This document shows, piece by piece, positions 10,395 to 22,472 of a stretch of 64,000 nt of DNA; position 1 is the first letter of the stretch, and each line of letters opens with the position of its first letter. The position numbers and the translations under genes were made by a program. The notes beneath the pieces were generated by a model. The model did not search any database. It was not told the origin of the DNA and worked only from the letters and a program-made list of their open reading frames with translations. Source of the stretch: Candidatus Doudnabacteria bacterium (lineage in GTDB: Bacteria; Patescibacteriota; Doudnabacteria; UBA920; O2-02-FULL-48-8). Where the stretch lies: assembly GCA_037200925.1 (NCBI GenBank), contig JBBCGO010000001.1:601607-665606 (forward strand). Direction: 5' to 3'.

Positions 10395-12028
10395 TTATTC
10401 TTCAGTTACGCGGAAAACTTCCTCGACATCGGTGATGCCCTGCAAAGCTTTCAAGATCCCATCCTGCGCCATGGTGATCATGCCGTCCGCGACAGCCTGA
10501 TTCTTGATCTCCGTGGTGGTCGCGCCGCTGGTGATCAATTTTTCTATCTCATCATTGATCGTAAAAACCTCATAAACCCCCAACCGGCCCTTATACCCCA
10601 AGCCTTTGCATTTTTCACAGCCCGGGCTGTGAAAAAAAACCAGTTTTTTCGGGACTTCAACTTTTGAATTTTCGGAACCGTTTTCAGGATCATCTCCACG
10701 CGGGACTGCAGGTTATCGGCCAATTTATATTCTATTTTACAAAACGGACAGATCTTGCGGATCAAACGCTGGCCGATGATCGCATTAATGGCCGGAGCCA
10801 GAGTATACGGCCTGATCCCCAGGTCCAAAAGCCTCGGGACTGCGGCGGGTGCGTTGTTTGTGTGAAGGGTGGAAAGCACGATATGGCCGGTCAGGGCCGC
10901 CTGGCAGGCGGTTTCCGCGGTCTCCAGATCGCGCATTTCGCCGATCATGACAATATCCGGGTCCTGGCGCAAAATAGCCCGAAGGCCTGAGGCAAAAGTC
11001 ATGCCGGCCCGCACGTCGATCGGAGTTTGTGTAATGCCGGCTATCCTATATTCCACCGGATCTTCCAGAGTGATGATCTTCAATCCCGGTTCGTTAAGTT
11101 TATTTAAGATCGCATAGAGCGTGGTCGTTTTACCGCTGCCGGTCGGGCCTGTGGCCAGGATCATGCCGTTGGGCTTGTCCATTTCATGCCTTAATCTTTC
11201 TAATGCGATGCCTGTGAATCCCAGATCCTCAAACTTCAGGCTGCCCTTATCTTGCCGCAGGATTCGCAAGACGATCGATTCGCCGAAAGCCGAAGGAATT
11301 ATGGAAACGCGAATGTCGATGGGCGCGTCATCATAGGTAAAACTAAAGCTGCCGTCCTGCGGAGTGGCAGTCACATTCAGCTTGAGCTTGGAAAGAATTT
11401 TAATGCGCGAGATGATCTGGTGATGCAGATCCAAATGCAGAGAAGCGGCATCCTGCAACACCCCGTCAATGCGGAAACGCACCTTCACGTCGCCTGCTTC
11501 CGGTTCCACGTGGACGTCGGATGCCTCCAAGTGCAGAGCCGCGCCTAAAATTTGCTCGATGATCTCTGTTGCTGAAACTTCGGAAAATTTAGTAGCCAGT
11601 TCCTTCAAAGAACTGACCTGGTAATCGCTGCTTGCAAGCTTAATTGAGCCGGATTTATGGATCGTTTTTACGACCTTTCTATACTCATCAAGAATGCGCT
11701 TAAAACTCGAAAGCGAGATCAGATAACTCTCGACAAAATAACCCTGTTCTGTAAGCTGCTTGACCAGAGGCTGGATCGGCAGCGGAGAGCCCACAACCCC
11801 GATCTTGAGGTTGCGGCCTTCCATATAAAATACTGCGGCATGCAGATCCGCAGCCTGCTCGCGGCTGATCATATTCAAAGCCTGAGTATCAACCGGAAAT
11901 CCGTAAAGATTGATGTACCCGATATTTTGTTCTGCTGCTAATTTTTCGGTTTCTTGCTCTTCGAATTTGCGGTCAAGTTCAGAATAAACCTGCTTGACAT
12001 GCATCGCCTTATCCGAGGTATAAAGCAT
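10395..12028 (-). CDS. GspE/PilB-family type II secretion / type IV pilus assembly ATPase (indel near 10640-10670)
   Basis: ASDVHVEP, RFRIDGVL, GPTGSGKTTT, TLEDPVEY, LRQDPD..GEMRD, STLHTN; GYKGRLGVYE tail in a second frame. Confidence 0.92.
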
Positions 12029-12085
12029 AGATTTGGCTTTAATTCTATGCTTAGTATAACACAATTCGCTTATTGATTTATATTC

Positions 12086-13225
12086 CTAAATTGTGCTTTT
12101 GAACTTCGTCACTTCCTTGCCAAGGAGGGCCAAAATCTGTTTTTCAGTATTAACCGCCGAATCCGGGACCGTAAATTTCACGGCCTGCGCAGTTACCTCA
12201 TCGGAGTGAAATTGGCTGAACAAACCGGTCAAATTCAGGGGGATCAAGGTATGGCAAAACACTGTCGTGCTGGTTGCCGATTCTTCCTTCAAGAACAAAA
12301 AGATCTTGGCAAAGGAGAGCTGCGAAACCATTTCCTTAATGATCCCCTTCGCGTCCTCTTCAGAAGCGCCGGCCTTAACCAAGTCCGATTGGTTAACCAC
12401 GGAATAAACAAGCAGATTATCAAAATCTTGTTTGAGCCTGGCCAAAACCCTCCCCCATAACTTCAACAGGCCCAAACTCTTGCTCTTATACAAATGCCCG
12501 ACGATCTCCTGCTGATTGGCGCCCAAAGACACAAGCTGGGAAGCCTTGAGGAATGTCTGGGGAGTTGTCCTAATATGCTGGAAGCTGTTGGTCTCAGTAA
12601 TAATTCCGGTCAGCAGCTGTGTAGCGATGTTCTCATCGAGCAGGCTGCTTTCAAATTTATTGATCAGATCCAAAATAATTTCCGATGCCGAGGTCGCGGT
12701 CAGGTCCACGAAATTCAATTGGCCGTAATTCTCGTTGCTGCCCCTAAAATCAATGTTCAGGATCGGGGTTTGGAAGAACAATTGTGCGTTCTGGCTGTAA
12801 AATTCGCCTAGCTGTTCCAGACTTGAAATGCCGATCAGGGCCACCAGCTCAAATGGAAAAGCGGAAGTGTCAAAAGAAATGTCATCAGTGCTAAATTCTC
12901 CTTTTTTTGGCTTGATATAGATAGAGAGCTGGTCCGAATTTTTCTTATAGCTCAATTCCGACATCTGGGTTCTGTTCGTGGCAACATTTATGACCAAGCT
13001 TTTGGTAAGATCGATCCGGGTTATCACTTCGGAATAATCGGGCAAAAAATCAAACCGGGAAGATACTTCCGTAAAGCTTAACAGAGTGACTTCTTTTTCC
13101 AATTTTTTCAGAAACGCCCGCAAAGCCAAAGAAGCCGATAAACCATCGCCGCTTGAGCCTGCGGCAATGATCAGAATGTTTTTGGCCTGGGAAATTTTGG
13201 CAATAATTTGCTGGGGTAGATCCAT
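12086..13225 (-). CDS. DHH-family phosphoesterase-like protein (degenerate motifs)
   Basis: DG..ASLAL, ILNID...NENYG, ATSASEI, LLTGIITETNSF; the canonical DHH triad is replaced by DFR. Confidence 0.75.
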   Translation of the reverse strand: MDLPQQIIAKISQAKNILIIAAGSSGDGLSASLALRAFLKKLEKEVTLLSFTEVSSRFDFLPDYSEVITRIDLTKSLVINVATNRTQMSELSYKKNSDQLSIYIKPKKGEFSTDDISFDTSAFPFELVALIGISSLEQLGEFYSQNAQLFFQTPILNIDFRGSNENYGQLNFVDLTATSASEIILDLINKFESSLLDENIATQLLTGIITETNSFQHIRTTPQTFLKASQLVSLGANQQEIVGHLYKSKSLGLLKLWGRVLARLKQDFDNLLVYSVVNQSDLVKAGASEEDAKGIIKEMVSQLSFAKIFLFLKEESATSTTVFCHTLIPLNLTGLFSQFHSDEVTAQAVKFTVPDSAVNTEKQILALLGKEVTKFKSTI

Positions 13226-13335
13226 ATATTTATCAAATCATAATACTATATCAGATTCGGCAAACTTGGTCAACCGCCTATCTGCCCGCTGGCCTTACTC
13301 TCGACCGATTTTTGGCTTAAATGCTAGAATAGCTT

Positions 13336-13756
13336 ATGACTGCGTACAAGAATCTAGATTTGAACCAGGTAAAAAAACTGGCAAGAGAACTGGCACGACA
13401 ATTGCGCGGACGGCCCCGCATTGGTTGGTTTAACCGGTCCACTGGGCAGCGGCAAAACCACGTTCATCAAAGCCTTTGCCAAAAGCCTCGGCGTCAAACA
13501 TGTGACCAGCCCGACGTTTGTGGTCACGCACGAATATCCAGTTGCGCAAGGTATTTTTTATCATATAGACTTTTATCGGCTGAAAAAACAAACCGAACTG
13601 CACCCGCTGGGGCTTTCCGATATGATCAAAAACAAAAATTTGGTATTGATCGAATGGGCGGACCGTTTCCCGCAAATATACAGGCAATGTGATATACTGA
13701 TTAACTTAAAAGTTAAAAAAGACAACAAACGTGATGTCAGCATTAAAATCGGCTAA
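13336..13756 (+). CDS. tsaE: tRNA threonylcarbamoyladenosine biosynthesis ATPase TsaE (indel ~13415)
   Basis: GPLGSGKTTF, VTSPTF, YHIDFYRL, LIEWAD; N-terminus in the adjacent frame. Confidence 0.9.
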
Positions 13757-14869
13757 ATTAATTTTCATAAGCCTGCTGCTGTTTTTGCCGGCGGTTTTAG
13801 CGCATGCCAAAACGTTGACGTTTCAAGATAAACACTGGGAAGTGCCGGCGGATCAAGCTCAATTAGTGAACCAGGGTTTTGTCCGCAATGACTTTGATCT
13901 GCCGGATGTGGCCCAAGCCGCACTCTTCGGTAATGCCGTAAAACAATCGACCCGATTACTGGATGAAACTTCCGTCAACGATATTGAGCAGATAGAACAA
14001 GAAGTTGACCAGCAGGCGCATCAGGCGGTGCTTGAAATTACAGATAGTGTAGCTACTAAGTTTGATCCGGGCCAGAACGGGCAGGTCATAGATCTATATG
14101 CTTTGCGCGCCCTTTTGACATCAGATATGATCTTGATCGACCTGCCGGTTGTGGAAACTTCCGGAAAGGGCTCCCTGGCTGACACCAATGATCTGGGGAT
14201 CAAGGAGCTGGTCGCAACGGGTGAGTCAAACTTTGCAGGCTCTCCAAGCAATCGCATCCACAACATTAAAGTGGGTGCCGATAAGTTCAACGGTCTGATA
14301 ATCTCGCCCGGGCAGGAATTTTCCTTCGATAAATATCTTGGAGATGTGGATGACGTCCACGGTTTTTTGCCGGAGCTGGTGATCAAGCCTGAAGGCGTGC
14401 TCCCCGAATTTGGCGGCGGCTTGTGCCAGGTTTCGACTACAACTTTTCGGGCTGCCATGAATGCGGGTCTGCCGGTCACTGCACGCAGAAACCATTCATT
14501 TGCCGTGCAGTACTATGCGCCGCAGGGAACAGATGCCACAATTTATCCCGGCTCAGCTGACCTGAAATTCGTGAACAACCTGCCCAGTTCCCTGCTGATC
14601 CGGACCCGAGTGGAGGGGAAAAAATTATACTTTGATTTTTTTGGCACGAAAGACGACCGGGTAGTGGCTTTTGACGGCCCAACCGTATACGATAAAAAAC
14701 CGGATGGGTCCATGAAAGCCGATTGGACCAGGCATGTCACTCTAAATGGCCAGACCACGAATCAGACTTTCAAAAGCACTTATTTGCCGCCTGCGCTTTT
14801 CACCATGATTCTGTCGTTGCTCCCGCAACGCCAAATCCGCAAGTAGCAGGTCAACAATTAACCCACTAA
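13734..14869 (+). CDS. VanW-family protein (indel ~14800 near C-terminus)
   Basis: NRIHNI, PGQEFSF, GGGLCQVSTT, RRNHS, GTDATIY, DLKFVN. Confidence 0.9.
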
Positions 14870-14874
14870 TAACT

Positions 14875-16112
14875 ATGTATCTACCTAGCAAAACAATACT
14901 TGACCGTTATGCCAAAGTGCTGGTCCGCTTCGCGCTCGGTAGCGGCAAGGGGATAAAAAAAGGAGAGGTCGTCAGGGTCAGCGCCAACGAATCGGCAAAG
15001 CCGCTGTTTTTGGCAGTCTGCAACGCGGTCGTGGATGCTGGAGGCCACGTCATCTCTCATTATTCCCCGGATGACGAGCAGGGCGACAAACGACGTAATG
15101 AGAGTTTTACCCGCTATTTTTACGAACAAGCGGAACAACACCAATTGGATTTTTTTCCCGACAAATATCTGAAAGGCCTGGTCAACCAGATGGATCATTC
15201 CATATTTCTTCTGTCTACGATTGATCCTCACGCCTTAAGAGGCGTTGATCCCAAAAAAAATCATGCGCCGGGGAGAGGCGCTGAAGCCTTTCATGGATTG
15301 GCGGCATGAAAAAGAGTGGAAAGGAATTTTCACCTGGACAATTGCCCTTTACGGAACAAAAGCCATGGCTGCTGAAGCCGGTCTTTCGGAAAAAGCTTAT
15401 TGGGACCAGATCATCAAGGCCTGCTTTCTGGATCAATCAGATCCCATCGCAAAATGGAAACAGGTTTACAGGGATTTGGAGAGTTACCGTTCCAAGCTTA
15501 ACAAATTAGCGCCCAAAACCGACCGTTTGCATGCGGTGGGTCCTGACATGGACCTTTGGAATCAAGCTTGGAGAAAAGCGCAACTGGCTCGGGGGCAGCG
15601 GCCGCAACATTCCGAGCTTCGAACTGTTCACTTCCCCTGATTGGCGCGGAACAAACGGCTGGATCCGCTTTAATCAGCCGCTCTACCGCTACAGTAATAA
15701 GATCACGGGGATTCAGCTTTGGTTCAAAAACGGCAGGGTGGTTAAAAGCAGTGCTTCGTCGAACGAAAAATTACTGAAACAAATGATCGCAACAAAGGGC
15801 GCCGACAAAATCGGAGAATACTCGCTGACCGACAAGCGCTTCTCGCGCATCACCAAATTCATGGCAGAAACGCTGTTTGACGAGAACATGGGCGGCCCAA
15901 ATGGCAACACACACTTAGCTCTCGGCATGTCCTATCGCGACACTTTCTCAGGCGATGTATCTAAACTTAATAAAAAACAGGCGGCAGCATTGGGATTCAA
16001 CGACTCATCCGTGCATACGGACATCATTTCCACCACCCCGCGGACCGTGACCGCACATCTGAAAAACGGACAGGAAAAAATCATCTACACACAAGGTAAA
16101 TTCGTGATTTGA
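14875..16112 (+). CDS. aminopeptidase, peptidase M29 family (two apparent indels, ~15255 and ~15560)
   Basis: [43 protein letters not shown] across three frames. Confidence 0.9.
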
Positions 16113-16143
16113 TGCCGGTTTCAGGGTAGCCTATACTACCATT

Positions 16144-17185
16144 ATGGCGATTGAAACCAATGACATTGAAATAGACATCATCAGCCCGGCTCCCGTTTCT
16201 GAAGAAACGCTGTTTGAGGCAACTCTCCGTCCCCAAAAACTGTCGGACTACGTCGGTCAGGAAAAGATCAAAGAAAATTTGAAGATTTTGGTTGATGCAG
16301 CATCCGCCCGCAACGAAACATTGGAGCACATTCTGCTTTACGGACCTCCCGGCCTCGGCAAAACCACGCTCGCCCATATCATCGCCCGCGAGATCGGCTC
16401 CAACATCAAGATCACTTCAGGTCCGGCCATTGAAAAAGCCGGAGACCTCGCTTCTCTGCTGACCAATCTGACCGAGAACGACGTATTGTTCATTGATGAG
16501 ATCCATCGCCTGAATAAAACCGTGGAAGAAATTCTTTACCCGGCGATGGAAGATTATTGCCTGGACATCGTGCTCGGCAAAGGAGCCGGGGCCAAAGCGC
16601 TGCGTCTGGATCTGCCGAAGTTCACGCTGATCGGCGCCACCACCAGGATCGGCCTTTTGACCGCACCCTTCCGCGACCGGTTCGGCATGACTTACCGGCT
16701 GGACTATTATGAAGAGCCGGAGATCGGACAGATCATTGAGCGGGCGGCCAAAATTCTGAATATCAAGATCGATGAGATGGGCAAACAGGAAATTGCCAAG
16801 CGCGCCCGGCGAACTCCCAGGGTGGCTAACCGCCTGCTCAAACGCGTCCCGCGATTTTGCCCAAGTCAAAGCCGGTGGTAAAATTAATCAGTCAGTGGCG
16901 CAGCAGGCGCTGGCCCAGCTGGAGGTTGACGATCTGGGCCTCGACGGCAACGACCGCAGGATCCTCCTGGCGCTGATCGAAAAATTTGCCGGCGGCCCGG
17001 TCGGCATCTCCTCTATTGCCGCCGCCACTTCTGAAGACGCAGGCACGATAGAAGAAATTTATGAGCCGTATCTGCTGCGGCTCGGATTGATCGCGAGAAC
17101 CCCCAAGGGCCGGGTGGCCACGCCTGCCGCATATGACCATCTTAAGAAACCTTTGAAAAAAACAGAGATACAAACACTGTTGTAA
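16144..17185 (+). CDS. ruvB: Holliday junction branch migration helicase RuvB (indel ~16848)
   Basis: LRP...[47 protein letters not shown]. Confidence 0.96.
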
Positions 17186-17193
17186 AAATTCTT

Positions 17194-17416
17194 ATGACCG
17201 CTTACCAACCAACCTCGCTGGGGCGCCACAATTTTAGCCTTAGTATTTTATCTGCTCATGGCCGGGTTTGCGTTATACAGTCTTTTGGCCGTTTATGCGC
17301 TTATCCGCTTCGGCCAGTCGAAGGTTCTGGCATTCATTGTTTCATTCCTATATTTGCTAATTTCGGCCAGCTTATACGCTGCCGCGGTCATCAATCTCAA
17401 TGCCATTAGATTTTAA
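17194..17416 (+). CDS. small two-helix membrane protein (indel in the G-run ~17220)
   Basis: Removing one G gives MTAYQPTSLGATILALVFYLLMAGFALYSLLAVYALIRFGQSKVLAFIVSFLYLLISASLYAAAVINLNAIRF. Confidence 0.55.
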
Positions 17417-17970
17417 ACACAGGATCTTATTTCCGGGCCAGCAGGAAAACGAAGAGATCTGTCTGGTCGTGCGCGAACACTGGATGGTCTTCTTTTTTCG
17501 TCTCTTCGCGTGGCTGTTATTTGCAGCTATTCTGCTGCTGTCGAGTTGGGCGATCAATAGTTTTGCTCCGGTGTTAAATACCATGCCTTATCTCGGATAT
17601 GTCAATTTAATTAAAAGCGTCTATTTCATGTTTCTGATGCTGGGCCTTCTGATGATCTGGATAATTTATTATTTAAATGTGCAGATCATAACCGATGAAC
17701 GCGTAGTGGATATTGTCCAGGAATCTTTGATCAGACGAACAGTTTCCGAGCTTCACTTAAGCAGAGTGGAAGACGTTACCCTCCGATGTATCGGGAATTT
17801 TCGGCACTTTTCTTGATTATGGCAACGTATACATTCAAACTGCTGGCCAAACGGAACGGTTCACTTTCTCGCGCGTGCCCAATCCCGCCCGTATTGAAAA
17901 ATTGATCCTGGATCTGTACGAACAGCTGCCGGATACGGAAAAAATCAACAAAGGACCGTTGAAAAAATAG
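17400..17970 (+). CDS. membrane protein with bacterial PH domain (indel ~17780)
   Basis: VREHW, two TMs, IITDERVVDI.Q, LSRVEDVT; after the shift DYGNVYIQTAG...F.RVPNP. Confidence 0.8.
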
Positions 17971-18048
17971 ACTTATAAAATGCGGAGTTGCTTTATATGA
18001 CATTTTCCGGTGTATCTGCTATAATTTAATTCCAAGGTGATTTGAAAT

Positions 18049-18327
18049 ATGAGCGAGTTCGTAAAAATGGATCTTTTCTTCTTTATAACAAGTTTGGTCA
18101 CGGTCGTTTTGGGTATCCTGCTCGTGATTTTGCTGGTTTATCTGATTCGAATTCTAAGCGACGTAAAACACATATCGAATCAGGCTAAAACAGTAAGCGA
18201 TGACCTTAAACAGGATATCGATGATCTGAGGCAAAATGTGCGCACCGAAGGGATCAGATTCGGGCATGTAATAAATTTTTTAAAAATATCTTTAAAAAAA
18301 GTAAGAAAGGAAAATAATGGCAACTAA
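18049..18327 (+). CDS. hypothetical protein, single TM + coiled coil
   Basis: N-terminal TM followed by an amphipathic helix; TGCTATAAT upstream. Confidence 0.65.
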   Translation: MSEFVKMDLFFFITSLVTVVLGILLVILLVYLIRILSDVKHISNQAKTVSDDLKQDIDDLRQNVRTEGIRFGHVINFLKISLKKVRKENNGN

Positions 18328-18688
18328 GAACAAGCATTTGGTTCTCAAGACCGGTCTGGGCCTGGCGGCAGTTGCAACAGCGGCCGCAACTTATTATTTT
18401 TTCGGCAAAGACGGGGCGAAACACCGCAAATCCGCAGCAGCCTGGATGAATAAAGCCAAACGGGAAGTTGTGGCAGAGATCAGAAAATTAAAAGAGATCA
18501 ACGAAAAGAATTACAACCTGGCGGCCCAGAAAGTAATGAAAAAGTACCAGAAATTCCAGAAAGAAAACCCTGAAGCCTATGCCATGCTTGCCAAAGAACT
18601 CAAGGCCAATTGGTCGAAGATCAAGAAACACTTGCCGAAGAAGGTCAATAAATTGATCGCGAGCAAAACTTCAGCCAAACGAAAATAG
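18317..18688 (+). CDS. hypothetical protein (YtxH-like: TM then basic helical region)
   Basis: GLGLAAVATAAATYYFFGKDG pattern; AAGG SD. Confidence 0.65.
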   Translation: MATKNKHLVLKTGLGLAAVATAAATYYFFGKDGAKHRKSAAAWMNKAKREVVAEIRKLKEINEKNYNLAAQKVMKKYQKFQKENPEAYAMLAKELKANWSKIKKHLPKKVNKLIASKTSAKRK

Positions 18689-18700
18689 TAGAAAGCTTTA

Positions 18701-18726
18701 AAAAAAGCCGCTCTGCGGCTTTTTTT
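18701..18726. terminator. bidirectional intrinsic terminator
   Basis: AAAAAAGCCGC-TCT-GCGGCTTTTTT between convergent genes. Confidence 0.8.
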
Positions 18727-19786
18727 ATTTTATTTCATTATTTTCAACTTTCAGCATCAGAGCGCTTTTGGCGATTTGGGGCAAATGGTGTTCCTCGGTC
18801 GATGTGATGAAAATCTGGTGGCCGGAAAGATTTTCCAAAAGCCTGCCCCGGCGGATCTCATCAAGCTCGGAAAATACGTCGTCGAGCAGTATGATCGGTT
18901 TTCTTCCGCTTCCGGACAAATATTCGGCCTGCAGGAGCTTTAGGGCCAACACTTGTGCGCGCAACTCGCCCCGGGAAGAGTTATAAATATTAAGCTGGCT
19001 GTCTTTTTGCAATTCAAAATCATCGCGGTGCGGCCCGATCAGGTTTTTTCCGCTTCTGACTTCCGCTTCACCATGCGCTTTGAGGCTGGCAAGCAATTCC
19101 TCCTCTGTATTAGCAAACATCCTTTTATATTCAAGCCGGGCTTGATTGTTAAATCCGGTCAATTGGCTGATCCGGCCTGATAATTTTTGATTAATAAAAT
19201 CAACCAATTCCTGCCGCTTTTTAGTGATCCTTATGGCCACCGGCGCCAATTCCTGATTCCAGACATCAAGCTCAAAAGGCTTGGCCTGGCCCTGATAAAT
19301 TTGCTCGAACAACGCTGTTTTCTGCTTCAAGATATGATCCAGCGATCCTAAGTCCAGAACATAAGTTTGGTCGACCTGAGATATAGTCTCGTCGAAAAAC
19401 TTCCTTCTGAGCACGGGACCCAGATGGAATAAATTCAAATCATTGGGCACAAACAGCACCACGGGAAAAGTTTTCCAGAAAGTACGCTGGGTCTTCTGTC
19501 CGCCCGATTTAAATTGCCTTTTTAGCGCGGGTTTGGTTTGCACTACCAGTTCCAATTTCTGCTCACCGAAAAGCGCTGATAAGTTAAAATAATTTTCCTG
19601 GTTTCTGACCAGCAGATCATCCTGCACTCGGAATGATTTGAGCCGGGATAAAAAATATATGCTTTCCAAAAAATTGGTCTTGCCCGCCGCATTTTCTCCC
19701 AGAATAAGAATTAAGTCAGCGTCGGTCGGAACGCTGACTTTGGAATAATTTCTAAAATTTTCTAAGGATATATTCTGAAGTCTCAT
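18725..19786 (-). CDS. recF: DNA replication and repair protein RecF
   Basis: NFRNY, GENAAGKTN.LE, GPHRDD, SSRGE.R, LLDDVFSELD; next to dnaN. Confidence 0.95.
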   Translation of the reverse strand: MRLQNISLENFRNYSKVSVPTDADLILILGENAAGKTNFLESIYFLSRLKSFRVQDDLLVRNQENYFNLSALFGEQKLELVVQTKPALKRQFKSGGQKTQRTFWKTFPVVLFVPNDLNLFHLGPVLRRKFFDETISQVDQTYVLDLGSLDHILKQKTALFEQIYQGQAKPFELDVWNQELAPVAIRITKKRQELVDFINQKLSGRISQLTGFNNQARLEYKRMFANTEEELLASLKAHGEAEVRSGKNLIGPHRDDFELQKDSQLNIYNSSRGELRAQVLALKLLQAEYLSGSGRKPIILLDDVFSELDEIRRGRLLENLSGHQIFITSTEEHHLPQIAKSALMLKVENNEIK

Positions 19787-19817
19787 GGCTATAAGCTGCA
19801 ATCTTAGTGCTGATAGC

Positions 19818-20915
19818 TTATAGTTTGATCGGCATCACGATATAAATATAATTATCCCGGCCGGTTGGCGTGATGGCGGCCGGCGAAGCGTCATTGATCA
19901 TCTTGAAGTTCACTGTCGGTTCAGAAATATTATTCAGGCAATCGAGAAGATACCGGAAATTGAACACAGCCCGGTTCTCATCACCTTCAACTTTTGCCTT
20001 GATCAAAGTGATGTTCTCGCCTGAGGCCATGGACGCAGCTGTCACGGTAATGCCCGCGGGACCTGCTTCCAAATTGACATTGTTTGAATCAGGCGCAAAC
20101 AAAGCTGCCGCCTTAAGAGCATGGATGAACTCTTCGCGGGAAACCACAGCCTCGGTCTTAAAGTCCTTGGGAATGATCTGGCGGTAGTCCGGGTATTGGC
20201 CGTCAATCAGCCTTGAGATCAGTTCAGTTTCGTCAAACTTGAATAAAACCTGGCTTTCTGAGAAATAGATCTCAACCTGGCCCTTATCAGTGGTAAGAAT
20301 CTTATAAAACTCGGACACGGCTCTGGCCGGGATGATCACTTCCTTCGTACTGGCGGCAGGCTCCAAAAGCTGGGCTGTGCGTTCCGCCAGCCGGTACCGG
20401 TCAGTGGCAGCCACACGAATTGAATCTTGCTCAAAAGCCATAAAAATACCCGATATTTCAGGCTGGGTTTCGTTGGCTGCGGAAGCCCAAATGGTCTCCG
20501 CAAATGCATTTTTCAGTTCAAGAGAATCGATTTTGCTAAACGGCTCCTCACTCACTTGCGGAATAAGGGGAAAGTCTTCATGTGACAGCCCCTTAATGCT
20601 TGTGTGATAGTTTTCTGATTCCAAAGTCAGGGTTGTATTATCTTTGCTTTCAAGGGTGATCTTTTCGCTCGGAAGATTATTAATGTATTCATTGATCAGT
20701 TTCGCCGGTACTGTCAGCGCTCCTTCTTCTTCGATTTTGCCGCCGACCCAGGTATTCACTCCTATCTCTAAATTAGTTGAAGATAGTTTGATCCTTCCCT
20801 GGTCGGTCTTGATCAGAATATTGTTCAAAACCTGCAAAGGGTTCCCGCTTCCCACTACGCGACTGACTATGAACAAACCTTTTTTCAGATTTTCCTTGGT
20901 GCATATTAACTTCAT
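19818..20915 (-). CDS. dnaN: DNA polymerase III beta clamp
   Basis: STNLEIG, ATDRYRLAE, SRLIDGQYPDY, YIVMPIK. Confidence 0.97.
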   Translation of the reverse strand: MKLICTKENLKKGLFIVSRVVGSGNPLQVLNNILIKTDQGRIKLSSTNLEIGVNTWVGGKIEEEGALTVPAKLINEYINNLPSEKITLESKDNTTLTLESENYHTSIKGLSHEDFPLIPQVSEEPFSKIDSLELKNAFAETIWASAANETQPEISGIFMAFEQDSIRVAATDRYRLAERTAQLLEPAASTKEVIIPARAVSEFYKILTTDKGQVEIYFSESQVLFKFDETELISRLIDGQYPDYRQIIPKDFKTEAVVSREEFIHALKAAALFAPDSNNVNLEAGPAGITVTAASMASGENITLIKAKVEGDENRAVFNFRYLLDCLNNISEPTVNFKMINDASPAAITPTGRDNYIYIVMPIKL

Positions 20916-21134
20916 GACTTTATTAGATAATAATGATAATAGATTCTGTGGATTTGTGTGTAAGGTTTGTTTAACGAAGTTTTATTAGGTTTTTTGCTGA
21001 CCGTTAAATTTTTTTCCTGTAGTTAAACTGTTGGCAAGCACCTGATAAGAAAATGTTTTAAAGATTTTCTGAAAAGTTACCGACAGGCACACAACACTTA
21101 ACCAATAGTTAGCCCACAGGATGTAAACAAAAAA
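20916..21134. other. dnaA-dnaN intergenic region, probable part of oriC
   Basis: AT-rich, non-coding, degenerate DnaA-box-like 9-mers (TGTGGATTT 20947, TGTTGGCAA 21030, TTACCGACA 21077, TAGCCCACA 21110). Confidence 0.6.
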
Positions 21135-22472
21135 TCATACCAGATAAAGCCTGTCGCGGATCAGTTCTATCTCCTGTTTCAATCCGCTTTTTTCCTTAAT
21201 GATCCGTTCGATCTTATCAATAGCGTGAATAACAGTGGTGTGGTCGCGTCCGCCGAAAAATTCGCCGATGGAAGGCAGCGAGGTTTCGAGTTCTTTGCGG
21301 ATGATATACATGGCTATCTGCCGCGGATTGACGTATTCTTTTTTTCTCGACTGTTTCAGCAGATCTTCAGTTGTGACATTGTAAAAATCAGATACGATCT
21401 CAATGATCTTTTTGGCGGAAACTCCGCGTTTTTTGGGCGGCGTGATGACGTTTACCAGAATGCTTTTGACCTGTTCAATCGTCGGCCTGGTGTTATTCAG
21501 CTGGCAATAGACCATGAGGCGGTTTAGAGCGCCTTCCAGTTCGCGGATGTTGCTCTGTATGGTTTCCGCGATGTAGTTGAGGATCTCGGGGTCAACATTG
21601 TAGTTTTTTTCGCGGGCCTTGGTCTTCAGGATGGCCAGGCGGGTTTCCAGGTCAGGGGCCTGGATATCTGCGATCATCCCCCACTCGAACCGGGAGACCA
21701 GCCGTTCTTCAATGGCCGGTATTTCTTTGGGCAGACGGTCCGAGGTCATGACCACTTGCCTGTTATTTTGGTGCAAAGCGTTAAAAGTATGGAAAAACTC
21801 CTCTTGGGTGCCTTCACGTCCGGCCAAAAACTGGATATCATCCACTAAAAGCACGTCCACGTTGCGATAAAGCGATTTAAACTGGTCAGCCCGGCCCTGG
21901 CCTAAAGCTTGGACGAATTCATTGGTGAACCGTTCGGAGGTAACGTATAAAACTTTGGCATTCGGGTCTTTTTTGGTGATCTCAGCGCCTACCGCCTGCA
22001 TCAGATGGGTTTTCCCCAAACCCACCCCGCCATAAATAAAAAGCGGGTTATAAATATTCCCCGGTTTTCTGCTGACGGCCAGGCTGGCAGCATGAGCGAG
22101 CTGATTGTTTGAGCCGACGATAAAAGTGGTGAAAGTATATTTCGGATTAAGCGTCTGATTCTCGGCCCGTTTGGGCACGGCCGCTGTTCTGGCAACTTCT
22201 TTGGTCGCGGGCTGGGCAGAATACACAGGGCTGACAATTTGGTATTTAACTTCTTTGATCTCGGGAGCGATGGTTTTCAGGGTTTTAACTATATCTTGGT
22301 GGTATTTGTTCTGAAGCCATTCTTTGGTAAACGCATTCGGCACCCCTACCACTATTCCGTATTCGCTTTTTTCAATGATCGAAGTGTTTTTGAACCAAGT
22401 TGTGAAATTCGCCTTACTTAAAGTCAATTCCAAGTTTCCCAGTATTGCCTGCCAAAGCTGTTGGTTTGTCAT
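21135..22472 (-). CDS. dnaA: chromosomal replication initiator DnaA
   Basis: LNPKYTF, YNPLFIYGGVGLGKTHL, DDIQFL, SNIRELEGAL, FGGRDHTTV. Confidence 0.98.
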   Translation of the reverse strand: MTNQQLWQAILGNLELTLSKANFTTWFKNTSIIEKSEYGIVVGVPNAFTKEWLQNKYHQDIVKTLKTIAPEIKEVKYQIVSPVYSAQPATKEVARTAAVPKRAENQTLNPKYTFTTFIVGSNNQLAHAASLAVSRKPGNIYNPLFIYGGVGLGKTHLMQAVGAEITKKDPNAKVLYVTSERFTNEFVQALGQGRADQFKSLYRNVDVLLVDDIQFLAGREGTQEEFFHTFNALHQNNRQVVMTSDRLPKEIPAIEERLVSRFEWGMIADIQAPDLETRLAILKTKAREKNYNVDPEILNYIAETIQSNIRELEGALNRLMVYCQLNNTRPTIEQVKSILVNVITPPKKRGVSAKKIIEIVSDFYNVTTEDLLKQSRKKEYVNPRQIAMYIIRKELETSLPSIGEFFGGRDHTTVIHAIDKIERIIKEKSGLKQEIELIRDRLYLV